Of a DNA stretch of 64,000 nucleotides, positions 27,257-41,071 are shown one piece after another. A program made the position numbers and the translations under genes. Positions within the stretch are counted from its first letter, which is position 1. Every line of letters begins with the position of its first letter. The notes under the pieces are model-generated. The model worked only from the letters and a program-made list of their open reading frames with translations. It ran no database searches and was not told where the DNA came from. Source of the DNA: the human T2T-CHM13v2.0 reference genome, Homo sapiens; assembly GCF_009914755.1 (NCBI RefSeq), contig NC_060931.1; one strand, 5' to 3'.

Positions 27257-30200
27257 TTGTGAAACTGGAAATTTTGGGGCAGTTTCTATCTACTCCAGCA
27301 ACAATCTAATATTGAGTAATATTTAATTCTTTTTTTTTCATGATTCTGCCATTGCTCTGGCAACCTTTTTTATTTGAATATGTTGGAATATTATTGTCTC
27401 ATCTCATGATTCCATTAAAGAATGTACATTACTAATTTCCTTGAAGTTTTACAATAAATCTCAATGATCTCAGAGCAGCAGAGAACATGAGTTCCTGGTA
27501 CCAGCTTAGTGTTGGTAGAGGGAATGTGAGAGGAGGAGGAATCCCTATACCCTTTTTTCCTCCCCCTACAAATACCACTGTTTCTTTCCTGCACTAGTTT
27601 TCCAAATAAAATCCCCCTACATTTCTCCCCCACCACCAAAGCCTCATGGGCTTTTGCAACATTCACAAATGTTGACCTCTCAGTAATACTTCTTTAGCCC
27701 CTACACCCATGTTTGTCTTCATTTGGAAGACTAAAAACATGGAAACTCGTTTCCTGAAGTTCAACTCCTGCCACATTCTCCTCCAGAATAGAAAGGTTAC
27801 GAAGTTTGGTGTGTGCTTTACTTTCTGACAAATTTTTTTTGGTATTCAGATAACTGTTGGAAGTTAAGGGAAAAGTAGCAAAAGAAATCACGTATACATC
27901 ACATTTTAATTGGAAAACCATTAGTACCTTGTCAGTTTAACCAAGTAGCAGGTAAAACCTACCCCTTTTCTTTACTGAGGTGAACCCCAAACAAAAACAG
28001 ATTGCTGTGATCTAACACCTCCCTCAAAGAATGAAGATTTCACTCTGAGGCAATATTGTCTTCTTCGTTTTTTCCACTCCTTCAAGAAAACTGGTCCAGC
28101 ACACTGGGTTTCTGAATTAGTGCATTTCTATAAATAGCTGATCTTATCTCTAATTAATCATTCACTGATTCAGTATTTTCTTTATTCATTCATTTATTCC
28201 TTTATTGAAACATGTTGAATCTATCCTTTAATCTCCAGAGTCTATCACAGTTTCTGGAGTACAATAAATACCTAATAAATGTTTGTGGGCTAACTGACTG
28301 AATAAATGAATTAGTGAATTGTGAACCCATGGCTTGAGCAATGTTTATTGATAGAATGTGTGTGCTTGCTTTCCTGTGTGTTAATAACTACTCTTCTACT
28401 AGCAATGGAAAAACAGTCTAAGATTTCTTCCATGAAATCAGTGAAAGGCAGGAAGGAGAAAATAAAGGAGTGAGGATTTCTAATGACCTTTTTTCCCCCC
28501 TGTGAATAAGGTAATCCTTTTATATGTCCTCAAGATTAACAGCAATAAAGAGATAAGAGGAAGCAAGACAATTCTTCTCTTTAGAAGAAAATGAGGTAAG
28601 AAAAGCAGAAGATAAAAACACGTTTAAAATGTAGGTGATATAGCAATTGTGGAAAGTTGATTAATACATTAATCCTATTAATGTAAAATATTCACATCAC
28701 AACCACATTTCAGTAGGATATTTGTGTGTAGGCAGGTTCACTGAAAAACAGAAGTTAGCTTTCAGTGAGACATTAATGGTATATTAACTGTGCCAATCAC
28801 AGAACTAGTTGCTACACTGTTTTAGACACAGTGTCATTTACTATAGTTTATTAAAACATGAATTCTTTGGAAGGGGGTTTTAAAAGTAATTTATACTATG
28901 TAACCTAGCTACATGAAACTGACCATTAATTGATAAAATAGATTCACATGAAGGTCCTTATCTGATCAAGGGAAATGATTTTGAAATGCTATCATACAAT
29001 TAAACACTTTTGCAAAAGTTTTTGTGGATCCCACCAAGATGCGACTTACCGTACTACCAGACTGCTGAAATCTGAATTATGGATACTTACAGTTCTCATA
29101 ATATTAAAATCTTTACTTCTCCTTTATATGTTGGCATGAGAGAAGTACTGATAACAGCCTCAAATGCAACCATCATTTTATTATCTCCATTCTCAGATTT
29201 CCTTTTGTCATTTCCACTGTTCCTTCCTCCTGGGAAATAGCAAGCTCTCAGCTGCAGCGCTGTCATGGACGAACAAGCTGAGGCACTGTCAGTGGTCCCT
29301 TGCCTCCAGCAGCCAAACTCATTCCACCACAATTTTCCTTTCAACCCTTAATAGAGCAGAGACAACTGTTTCTTATTATTCAGTGCTGGAGGCAAAAAAA
29401 AGGACCTTATTCTTCCTGTATCCCCCCTTTTTTTTTTTTAAATAAAACAAACACATTAAAAAAGGTGTTGTTAGAGGAATTGCTGTCAAAAATGGGAGGA
29501 CAAGTGGAATAAACATTGTCAATATTCATTCCTTGTACTTCATTAAGAACTCACTTCTTATCTCTCTTCTGTTACTAAAATTCATGTTCAAAAATGATTA
29601 CTTTGGTCTTTCTTGAGCTTCTTTCAAAGCATATGTTTGATTATTGGCTCTCAAAGAAAACTTTGAAAGTTAATCTTCTATCACAAAATAAGCAGATCTT
29701 CAGGCCTATCCACTAATGAAGAAGGTACTTGGACATTTTTAGTCTTATTTTCTGTGTCCAATCCTTTGAAATTCTTTTGTTAATGCAATGTCAGGTGAGT
29801 GGCTGATTTTTAAAAATAACCTCTCCCAAAAATACTAGTCTATACTATTTAAAATACTAAAGAAATGTCAGATTAACTTTACTTTTTTTCATTAAATAGT
29901 TGGCATTTTCTATGATTTCATATCACAAAAGCTAAAAAGTATTATATAATTAAAGGAGGAACACTTATAGTTTAATTATAGTTTTATCTGGAGTTTCATA
30001 AATGCAAATTAAACATTGATTTATTTTTTCCAGCCTATTTTCAAAATGTAAATATCACTCCCAACTACCACGCCATCTTTCCTGCCTGTTCTTTCTCTAG
30101 CCTTCTCTGGCATCTTCTCTAATGAACTCCCCTGCTCCCTCCCACCACAGCCCCATCCTTTCCACTAGTAAAACAGTGAACAGAAGCATTCATCATCCTG

Positions 30201-30630
30201 GAGTGTGGGGTTTGGGTGGAGAGGAGGCACACAAATTGGTGTGTGAGGTGGATGAGAAAATTTGCTTAAAGATAGGAAAGCTGAATTCAGAAACAGGCAG
30301 TATATAAAGATGGTAACAGTGGTCTCTGATTTTTCTAATTAAGCAATTTGTCAGAAGTCTTGTGGGTACAATCTGTGGTAGTTTAGCATTTCCTTTTCAC
30401 TTTGCTTTATGAATGTAGAGAAGTTAGTATTTTTCCACATAAAGGAAATTTCAATTTAGAATATTTACATTAAATATATTTGAATCATAAAGATGCACAT
30501 TTTATTGAAATAGCTATGCTGGACAATATAAAGAAATATAGAAGGTAATAATAAAAATCTCACTCTATTGAGAGAACTGCAGTGAATTTTATTGTTTCTC
30601 CTTCACATCATCTATGTCTCTGTGTATGTG

Positions 30631-32819
30631 TGTATTCATTCATTTTCATGCTGCTGATGAAGACATACCCAAGAACAGAAAGAAAAAGAGGTTTAATGGA
30701 CTTACAGTTCCATATGGCTAGAAAGGCTTCACAATCATGGTGGAAGGCAAGGAGGAACAAGTTACATCTTACATGGATGGAGGCAGGCAAAGAGATAGCT
30801 TGTGCAGGGAAACTCTCATTTTTAAAACAATCAGATCTCATGAGACTTATTCACTATCATGAGAACAGCATGGGAAAGACCTGCTCCCATAATTCAATCA
30901 CCTCCCACCAAGTTCCTCCTACAACATGTGGGAATTGTGGGAGTTACAATTCAAGATGAGATTTGGGTGGAAACACAGCCAGATCATATCATTCTTCCCG
31001 TGGCCCCTCCCAAATCTCATGCCTATAAGCCTGTAAAATCAAAAGCAAGTTAGTGACTTCCTAGATACAATGGAGGTACAGGTATTGGGTAAGTACATCC
31101 GTTCCAAATAGGAGAAGTTGGCCAAAACAAAGGGGCTACAGACAGTCCGAAATCGGGCCCAGGCAAGTCCGAAATCTAGCAGGGCAGTCAAATCTTAAAG
31201 CTCCAAAATGATCTCCTTTGATCCCATATGTCACATCTGGGTCACACTGATGCAAGAGATGGGATCCTATGTTCTTGGGCAGCTCCACCTCTGTGGTTCT
31301 GCAGGGTACGGTCTCCTTCTCAGCTGCTTTCATGGCTGGCGTTGAGTGTATGAGACTTTTCCAGGCAAGTGGTGCAAGCTGTCCGTGGATCTACCATTCT
31401 GAGGTCTGGAGGACGATGGCCCTATTCACACAGCTCCACTAAGTGGTGCCCAATTAGGGACTCTCTATGAGGGCTCCAAACCCACATTTCCCTTCTGCAT
31501 TGCCCTAGCAGAAGTTCTCCATGAAAGCCCTGCTGCTGCAGCAAACTTCTGCCTGGACATCCAGGCATTTCCATACATCCTCTGAAATGTAGGCAGAGGT
31601 TACCAAACCTCAATTCTTGACTTCTGTGCACTTGCAGGCTCAACACCATGTGGAAGCCGCCAAGGTTTGGGGCTTGCGCCTTCTGAAGCCATGGCCCAAG
31701 CAAGCTCTACCATGGCCCCTTTCACCCATGGCTGAGTGCCTGGGACACAGGGCACCAAGTCCCTAGGCTGTACACAGCATGGGGACCCTGGGCCAGGCCC
31801 ATGAAACCACTTTTTCCTTCTAGGCTTCTGGGCCTGTTATGGGAGGGGCTTCTGTGAAGACCTCTGACATGCCCTGGAGACATTTTCCCCATTGTCTTGA
31901 GGTTGACATTTGGCTCCTCATTACTTATGCAAATTTCTGCAGCCAGCTTGAATTTCTACTCAGTAAATCGGATTTTTCTTTTCTATCGCATTGTCACACT
32001 GCAAATTTTCTGAACTTTTATGCTCTTCTTTCCAATTAAAATGGAATGCTTTTAAGAGCACCCAAGTAACCTCTTGAATGCTTTGCTGCTTAGAAATTTC
32101 TTCTGCCAGATACCCTAAATCATCTCCCTCAAGGTCAAAGTTCCACAAGTCTCTAGGGCAGGGGCAAAATGCTGCCAGTCTCATTACTAAAGCACAGCAA
32201 GAGCCACCTTTGCTCCAGTTCCCAACAGGTTCTTCATCTCCATCTGAGACCACCTCAGCCTGGATTTCTTTGTCCATATCACTATCAGCATTTTGGTAAA
32301 AGCCATTCAACAAGTCTCTAGGAAGCTCCAAGCTTTCCAACAGTTTCTTGTCTTTTTCTGAGCCCTTCAAACTGTTCCATCCTCTGCCTATTACTCAGTC
32401 ACTTCCACATTTTTGGGTATCTTTTTAGCAGCGCCCGACTCTATTAGTAGAAATTTACTGTATTAGTCTGTTTTCACACTGCTGATAAAGACATAACAGA
32501 GACTGGGAAGAAAAAGAGGTTGAATGGACTTACAGTTCCACATGGCTGGGGAGGGCTTACAACCATTGCAGAAGGCTAGGAGGAGTAAGTTAGGTCTTAC
32601 ATGGATGGTGGCAGGCAAAGAGAGAGCTTGTGCAGAAAAACTCTCCTTTTTAAAACCATCAGATCTTGTGAGACTCATTCACTATGACGAGAGCAGCACA
32701 GAAAAGATCTGCCCCCATAATTCAATCACCTCCCACCAGGTTCCTCCCATGATGCCTGGGAATTGTGAGAGTTACGATTCAAGATGAGATTTGGTTGGGA
32801 ACACAGCCAAACCGTATCA
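30631..32819 (-). mobile_element. THE1 (THE1C-like) MaLR element with both LTRs (30631-30991 and 32459-32819) and internal region
   Basis: Two direct repeats of about 361 bp flank a 1467-bp THE1-int; near-TSD atgtg/atatg; the minus-strand ORF 31960-32370 gives the typical MaLR-int peptide LELPRDLLNGF...CPCPRDLWNFDLE...GYLAEEISKQQSIQ. Confidence 0.95.
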
Positions 32820-34369
32820 ATATGTCAGTTACTTAAAGTCTTACTTGTGAGAATATTCTCATGTCATTATGTTTTAAAAATCACTTTACTGTGTTTAAAT
32901 ATTATAGTGATGAATTACAGTTTAAATACTTAAGTATGTAAAGCCATAACTTTAACAATATTAAGTAACCATTCCTTGAAAACAATCTTCTACATTTCTG
33001 GCTATTAAGATGGTTTTATATGTGTGGATTATTTGATCAAAGGATATTATATTTTGAAAAATCTTCGTATACATTACCAAATCATTCACTTGGATGGGCT
33101 TACTTAGGTAGAATATTAGTTTCTGTTTAATGCACTCTTGAGATATACACCTGATATTCAAAATATCACCAGCATGAGAACTGATATTGGGCATCTACAG
33201 CTTCAAGGGATGTATATCCTTTCTGTCTCTACCTCTCCAAATACACATCACAAAAATTTAATTTAATGTTTTTGTTAACTGATGATGTTAAACACCACTT
33301 CATGTGTATCATTCGTGTTCATCCTCCATGAAAAAGTTTCACAGTAACAAAATTTTAGTGGGATAAAGAAGACAGAAAGTGACCCTTTGAAGTAGTTACT
33401 AAGGTTGGGAATTACGAAGTAACTATCAAAGCATCTTATTTTCCTCATTTGATTTATATTTTCTCATTTTGTTTCCCTGTTCACTCTTATCAACTTACCT
33501 ATTAATATCCTAAGAAACCAGGAGGGATATTGTAACCTTGTTACCTGGTTTGGTGCTTAGGGAACTTTTGTACTAAGTAATCAAAACAGACAGCATTTAA
33601 TTCTGGGTTGCTAAGAGGTATAATAGAAGGTAGAATGGAAGTTAGTAAAGGTCCCCTTTCTGACAATTATAATGTTCATTTTAAAAGAAAAAAGAGCGTT
33701 TAAAAAATGCTTTTTATTTCTGTTTAATCTCTATCACTATTATAGAAAATCACTACATAAAAGACTTGCAATCTTAGAATTGTGGTAAATTTGATATTTT
33801 TATTACCTCAATAAAGTATAAAATTACTTGGATTGTTATATGAAAGATTGCTGTCTAGATAATTCTTGATAAAAAGATTGCATTTATATGTATAAATGGC
33901 ATACATTAGATATTAATGTATTCCAAGTCATTTATTCTTGCTCATGGATAATTTTTTAAAGCAAAAAACTATCTTTTAGAAAGGCAAGGGCATCTAGAGA
34001 AGGAGATAAATGATGGAATTTTAAATAGTCATGATATTAAAAAATGCAAAATTGTTTAAGACCATGCCATGGTTTATTGGGAAGTGTTAGCAGACTTTCT
34101 ATATGCTGATTACTCATGGAAAATGCACTAAATTGCATAAGCAGTTTGTTACTTCCTAAGTTTACCATTGTAATTGATTGTTGCTGAACAAGATTACAGG
34201 TTCATTCATGAAAACTAGTATTTGCTACTGGCAAAAGTAACTGGGAAGTAATGAAACTGACAAAATGATTTCATATAACATTTTTGGGAGAGCAAAAAGA
34301 AGCACCCTACACTTACTCAATTCAGTGTAAGCTGTGGATTTATTACGTTTGATGGAAAGAGATTTAGAA

Positions 34370-34500
34370 TGAGAATTGGGTCTGTCCCTTATTAGCTGTG
34401 AGGTTGTCATTACCTTCTGTAAATTATATTTAGCTTAATTTCCTGATTTTCAAAGTCAGGATGACACCTATCTCACAGGGTAGTTTTCGATTACAATGTA
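34370..34500 (+). mobile_element. MIR
   Basis: ccttattagctgtga...aatttcctgattttcaaagtcaggatgacacctatctcacaggg. Confidence 0.55.
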
Positions 34501-35103
34501 TTACCTACCAATTTTAAATTGCAGGTACTCTGAGCTTCACTAGTTAAGTGAAAGTCGTGCCTACAAAACATGTCTGAGTTCTTAAATCATCTTTAAGTTC
34601 CCTTCTAACTGTGCCATTATATGATTCTCTCATGCAGGTGCTTCTCCTTCCTTTCCTTCTCTGATGGGTACCCTTTTCCTAACACTTAAGTCTCATCCAA
34701 GTACATATTGATAATCTCTCTTCTATTTCTACTCAAATACTGCTGTGTGCACTAGATATTTTACCATTTCTCAAAGGGCCCTGTGCTCTATACCAGTACA
34801 CCTCAGACGATCTGTGGAGAAGAACATGTTGGCTTTTGCCTCTGACACAGCATCGAACAATACTTGTATGAAATACAACAAAATTTAATTTCTAGAAAAG
34901 AAAAACTAAAACAAGAAGACATTCAAATTATGTCCTTAAATTGTATATTGTTAGATATAGCAGACATGAAATAATTCTATCAAATTGTTGTAAACATTTT
35001 AAAGTGCTTATGCTAAATTTATGTAATTATCTCATACTCGCAGTTCACAAACTGGCACTGTTTTATGGGCCATAATTTAAATAATGCTGCTCTAGGGACT
35101 AGA

Positions 35104-35285
35104 CCAGCTGTCCTCAAACCAGTAGCATTAGCATCACCTGGGAACTTGCTGGAAATGCAAATTTGTAGGCCCTGTCCCAGAACTTTTGAGTTAGAAACTC
35201 AGGGCCTAATTCCCATCCCAGCTGCCTGTGTTTAACAAATCTTCCAGGTGTTTCTGTTGCAGGCTAATGATTGAGAAACATGGCT
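35104..35285. mobile_element. MER5A hAT-Charlie DNA transposon
   Basis: accagtagcattagcatcacctgggaacttgctggaaatgcaaatt...ctgtgtttaacaaatcttccaggtg. Confidence 0.8.
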
Positions 35286-35623
35286 CTTTCTCTGCTATTT
35301 GCTAACTCTTCCATTACAAGCCTTGAGATGAACTTAACTCTTGATAATGTGGTAATAATTTACTGCACTGTTGTTGTGGATAGGGGCTATTATTGGATAT
35401 TTGAGAAATAATCCCAATCCAAGAATTGATTTTAATTTTGAGAAGTTTGTTCATTGTGTTAGTAACAGAGACATAATAAATTTAGCTTAGACAGTTGCTT
35501 TTGTTCTCAGCAGTCATCCTTTTCTTAGGGATACTGTCTTATTCTTGTTTAAGATTAACTTGACGTTTTAATTCAGGAAATATTGACAAAATGAGTTTAT
35601 CATTAGTGATTGTACTTCCCTGG

Positions 35624-35996
35624 TGATACAGTTTAGGTGTGTGGTTTGGCCCAAATCTCATCTTGAATTGTAATCTCCATAATCTCCACGTGTAGAGGGA
35701 GGAGCCAGGTGGGAGGTGATTGGATCATGGTGGTTATTTCCCTGCTGCTGTTCTGTGATAGTGAGTGAGTTCTCGTGAGATCTGATGGTTTTATAATTAT
35801 CTGGCGTTTCCTCTGCTTGCTTTTGTCTCTTTTGCCTGCTGACGTGTAGGACATACCTCTTCCCCTTCTGCCATGATTATAAGTTTCCTGAGTCCTTCCC
35901 AGCCATGCAGAACTGTGAGTCAATTAAACTTCTTTTCTTTATAAATTACTCAGTCCGGGGTATTTCTTTATAGTGGTGTGAAAACAGACTAATACA
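35624..35996 (+). mobile_element. THE1D/MSTA-like MaLR solo LTR
   Basis: tgata...aataca termini with perfect 5-bp TSD cctgg; ccaaatctcatcttgaattgtaatc. Confidence 0.93.
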
Positions 35997-36519
35997 CCTG
36001 GAAAGTGGAAATATTTATTTATTGGAAAGGGAGAGAAACTGCAGTGAGGTACATCTTTCACCTATTTTCTATTTTTTGTTTGCATTTTTATTTACAGTGA
36101 GATGTGTATACTTTGCAACTGAAATAAATTTGAAAAAATTTGTAATTTTTCTCATTTCTCCTATGTTTAGTCATTTTTTTCCTGAGAAAATGAGAGAAGG
36201 GTGCTTCATTTTTAATCGCTCTTAAAACAGCTGGATGGTATGTATAATTAAAAACGCTAGCAAAAGAAAAAAAAAAGCCATGGATATTATCAAAAGCCAA
36301 AAACAAAACCAAAAAAGAATGAATGAGAGAAATGAGTGGCAAAATCACTCAAAAGGCCAAATGTAGAATTATTCATAGAAAAATTGAAGAATATTTATTT
36401 CATTGAATGATACAACATGTTTACAAAAATTAAGTTTTTACCATGACATAAATGCTAAAACATTACAAAGATCTTATGTTACTCAATTAGGACAGAAAGC
36501 AAACTAAAAATAAATATAT

Positions 36520-37020
36520 ATTTTTTAAATTGTATTTTATTTTCAATTGACAAGTAATAATTGTGTGTGCATATATATAGGGTATAGTGTGATGTTGTCA
36601 TACACATATATTCAGTAAGATTATCAAACTAAGCTAACTAACATCCATTACCTCATATTCTTATAATCTTTACAGTGAAAACTTTAAAATTAATCCTTTT
36701 AGCAATTTTGAAATATATAAAACATTATTAAATATAGTTATTATGCTGTGCAATAAAGCACCCAGAACTTACTGAACTTTGTACCTTTTGACCAACCCTT
36801 CCCCTTTCCCTGTCCTTCTGCTGCCCCGGTCTTTCGGAGCCACCATTCTACTCTCTACTTTTATGACTTCAAAGTTTTTAGATTCTATATATAAGTAAGA
36901 TCATGTGATATTTGTATTTCTGTGCCTGGGTTATTTCACTTAGCTAAATGTTGTCACAAATGACAGAATTTTCTTCCTCTTGGGGGTTGAATAATACTCC
37001 ACTGTGTATATGTATCTCAT
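36520..37020 (-). mobile_element. L1MA-like 3' end
   Basis: aattgacaagtaataattgt...ccaccattctactctctact...aagatcatgtgatatttgtatttctgtgcctgggttatttcacttagc. Confidence 0.8.
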
Positions 37021-37102
37021 TTAAAAACTTATTTTACATTTTAAGCATTTTTTAAAAGAATTTTATTTTAGCATCGTATATCCCATTTCCATTACTCTAC
37101 AG

Positions 37103-37448
37103 TTCTTTCTTTCTTTCCTTTTCCCTTTCCTGTTTTCCTTTTCCTTTTCTTTTTTTCTTTCTCCTGGATTCAGGAGGTACATATACAGGTTTATTACTTG
37201 GTATATTACATATGGTGAGATTTGGCTTCCAGTGTACCCATTACCCAAATAGTGAATATTGTACCCAATAAGTAATTGTTTATCCCTGGTCTTTCCCTAC
37301 CCTCTCCCCCTTTGAAGTCCCTAGTATCTATTATTTCCATCTTTATGTCCATGTGTACCCATTGCTTAGCTCCCACTGGTAAGAGAGAACATATGGTATA
37401 TGATTTTCTGTTTCTGAGTTATTTCACTTGGGGTGATGGCCTCTAGCA
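37103..37448 (-). mobile_element. L1PA15/16- or L1PB-like 3' end with a pyrimidine-rich tail
   Basis: ggattcaggaggtacatatacaggttt...tttatgtccatgtgtacccattgcttagctcccact. Confidence 0.8.
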
Positions 37449-39732
37449 TTTGTCCTTGAACACTAACATAAATAACATTATGAATTACATCTTTTGTATT
37501 TTTTACCTACTACATATCTTTATCACCTCAATCAGGATATAAGCCAATTAGGGGCAGGGGCAGTATTCTGTTATTATAGATGCTCTCCAAAAAGCCCAGC
37601 TTTGCAAATGACATGTTTTTATAAATACTTGTTGAATACTCTGACGGTTTAGATTAATTTTGTTATCCAAATTCAGTTGGCTTGCCTTTTCTTTTCCCAA
37701 GCTCATATTTTTGTGCTTAATATGAGTAAGGTTAGCTGCAGTGAGAATTCTACTCTGTGAGTCTAATTGCAGACTCTCGGGTAAACTGATTTCCATGCCT
37801 CAACTGTCATCAGATCTTGCAGTCATCAAGTGTATTCCTCTTGATTGATAAACACACATCTTTGTGTGAAAGAAACAAGGAGATGGTTAGATGCAGTGGT
37901 GGTCTGGAGTCTGCCCTGCTGTTTTGTAACAGCTGATTGTGCTCATCTCTTTTCAAGTCCTTTCAACAACTCATGTTTATATGAAATTATACCGTGGAAG
38001 TCAGCAGGCACTACAAATTTGGTATACCCCCACCCCTCCACGGATGCCAGTGGTTAAACATTTAGGAGCAAGCATATCATTTTCTAGATAGTACCCACAA
38101 TTGCTAAAACCAACTCTGTAGTGTCCTGGGTGATAAAGAGGCAACATAAGATGTTGCTTTTCCTTACACAAATAACTTACACAAATAGCTGATGGCAACA
38201 ATGATGATGAAACTGTTATGTTAATAGTTAACATTCTGTCTTCAGCTCTTTTCTAAGTGCTTTAGAGACACATCAGTTCATTTAATCCTCATAACAACCT
38301 AATGAAGTAGGTATGTAGAGGAATCTTGTTAATCCCACTTAATAAGTGGCTCAATCAGTGCCTAGATGAGGAAACACAGTGATAAAGAACAGTGAAACAA
38401 GGATAGCTGCTGGAAAGTTACTAAGAAAAATCATCTATTTGAATAGAATTAAGCTACATATAGTCATTCTTTTGTTAAATATTAACAGGGATAATTAAGA
38501 TAACAATTACCTCAAAATTCTTTCAGTTTTTAAAGTTTCTTATACGAGAAATATTTCTGAATACATTTCATATTTACAAATAAATTTTTCTTTAGTAAGT
38601 AGCTGCATATTTTGTTATTTTGAAAAATGCAGAACTTATCCTAACTTCTCTTTACCTTTTTGGGCTTCTAAATAGCATGCATCTGCAGCTGCTGCACTGT
38701 TAGCAGTTTGAGAGAACTTTGTTCCTTTGTGTGCTATGATTTATGTATAATAGAAAAATATCTCTCGAGTTTCATCGCATTATGTAAATTTGTGTCCTGT
38801 TCAGTTTTCCCTTTCTATTTGACAGCCCATCAGCAATATTTATGTGTTGTACACAATATGTGATGCAAATGTTTCATAAGATATTTTGATCCATAAATAA
38901 TTTATTCACTTTAGTACTCCTAGATGCAATATTGTCGAAGAATGGTTCTTTAATAAAGTAATAGTAAACACAAACTTCATGGAAAAGTACTCTAAATAGA
39001 ATTGTTAAAATATGAATGCCAGTCTTTCTACAGAAGTGATGGTGGATTGAAGAGAAGAGGGAGATTAAAATGAGCTTGCATTTTCCAAAACATTAAAAAT
39101 ATCTTCAGTCTAGCTTATCTTGAATGTGCATGAATATTGTTATCAACTGATAACCTGAAACCCAGATTCTGTGCCTCTTTCCTGTTGGTAATGGGGTGGA
39201 GCTCTATTTGAACCTCAAGAAAGGAAAATGTAGAATAGGTTCCTAAACAAAAATCATCCACTGTTTTGAAAAGAAAACTAATGCACAGTATGGCTCCTCC
39301 ATAAAATCTCTCTACAGTCCTGCAGGAAAAACTTATTTTATTTTTCATTCTAAAATTCCACAAATACTCTTCAATGTGATAACTTAAAAATTTGACCTAT
39401 TAATAATTTATGGGACAATAATGGACTGTGTATAATTTTTAAGAAATGCTATTTTTTTTTTACCCTGATAGTTACTGGGTTCTTATTTTTACTACACAGA
39501 AAATATAAATTGGTATCTTCTGGAGTCATTAGTGACATGACTAACATTTTAAAACTCAATATATATGAATTATCGCATATCTTTCAAGGAGCTGTATGTC
39601 CCAGTAGCGTCCATGTAATGATGCTTTTTATAAAATTTCTAATAAAAATGTTAATGGACGCAAAGCCACAATAGTCTACCATTCAAACAACTGAGTAGTT
39701 ATTCTAATAGATCTAACTCTGTGTAAATAAAG

Positions 39733-39935
39733 CAGAAATTGGTAAACTTTTGCTGTAAAGGCAAGGTAGTAAATTTTCTAGGCTTTGAAGGAAAGGCAAA
39801 TGTTGAAGATTTGTAGGTACTTACATCACCATTTAAAATGTAACCATATACAAATGTACAAACTATCCTTAGTTTGCAAAAAAAAAAAAAGGTATCAGGC
39901 AAGATTTGACCCATGGTTCATAGTAGTGTGCAATG
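39733..39935. mobile_element. MER58-like hAT-Charlie DNA transposon
   Basis: ttggtaaactttttgctgtaaaggcaaggtagtaaattttctaggctttg...gatttgacccatggttcatag. Confidence 0.7.
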
Positions 39936-40705
39936 ACAAGAGCATCCCCCAAAATTAGGTGAAAATAAGATTCCTCACTTAGTCCCTAGAGGGCAATGCC
40001 AGAGACCCCACTGCTCAGCAACTTCAAAAGTCTTGTCTATTCCTCTCCAAGGAGCAAATTTTCTCTTTTAAGTGCCTAGGAAGCCCAAAAAGCTTAAATG
40101 TACCCTAACGAACAGAGCCGGAGACTCATCAGTCCTTTGATATGCTCCAAATAATGGAAAGGCTGTTGGTACAAATTGAGTTCTGGGGTTGGTAGAATGT
40201 TATTTAAAAATAGTGGAGAGTGAAAATAAGCCCCTGGTCTCACCCATAGCAGGGACATCACCTTTCTCTGGTACATCTGAGGGTAAAGTGTCCAGTGTTT
40301 CTCTCAATGAAGAGTCTCATCTGTAGATTGCAGGGCCTTTGAGTTAATGCTCCTTTGACTCCGTCCCTCTTCTACTTTCCCACAGATATTTTAATTTATA
40401 CATACAATAATTTTCCCAGGTACAAGGTGGCCACAGGAAACTGAATCATCTAAAGTTTCTGCCACAAATAGGACCAAGAAATACTTTGTTTTTGTCTCTG
40501 TACTTGGGTAAGCTGTCTGCTCACCTGTTGCCACTCACCATTTCATTAGCCCCCACTAGCTTCATCTAACAGTTTATTGGCTCTTTCTAACACCAAAAGA
40601 AATTCGAGTCTTTTCATTCTGGAAGAGGTAATCCTTCCCATTTTAGAAGGTTCAGGGATTCTTATCAAATTGGTCTACTACCTGCTTGGATCATGATTTA
40701 CACAG

Positions 40706-41071
40706 TGTATTAGTCAATTTTCATGCTGCTAATAAAGATATACCTGAGACTGAATAATTTATAAAGAAAAGAGGTGTGACTCAGTTTCACATGGCTGGGA
40801 AGGTCTCAGGAAACTGACAATAATGATGAAAAGGGAAGCAAATACGTCCTTCCTCACATGGTGGCAGGAGAGAGAAGAATGAGAACCAAGCAAAGGGGGA
40901 AGACCCTTATAAAACCATCAGATCTCATGAGAACTTAGTACCATGAGAATAGCATGGGGGCACCCCCATGATTCAGTTACTTCACCCCCAGGTCCCTCCC
41001 AAGACATATGGGGATTATGGGAACTACAATTCAAGGTGAGATTTGGGTGGAGACAGAGCCAAACCATATCA
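40706..41071 (-). mobile_element. THE1D-like MaLR solo LTR
   Basis: tgtattagtc...ccaaaccatatca with perfect 5-bp TSD cacag. Confidence 0.93.
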
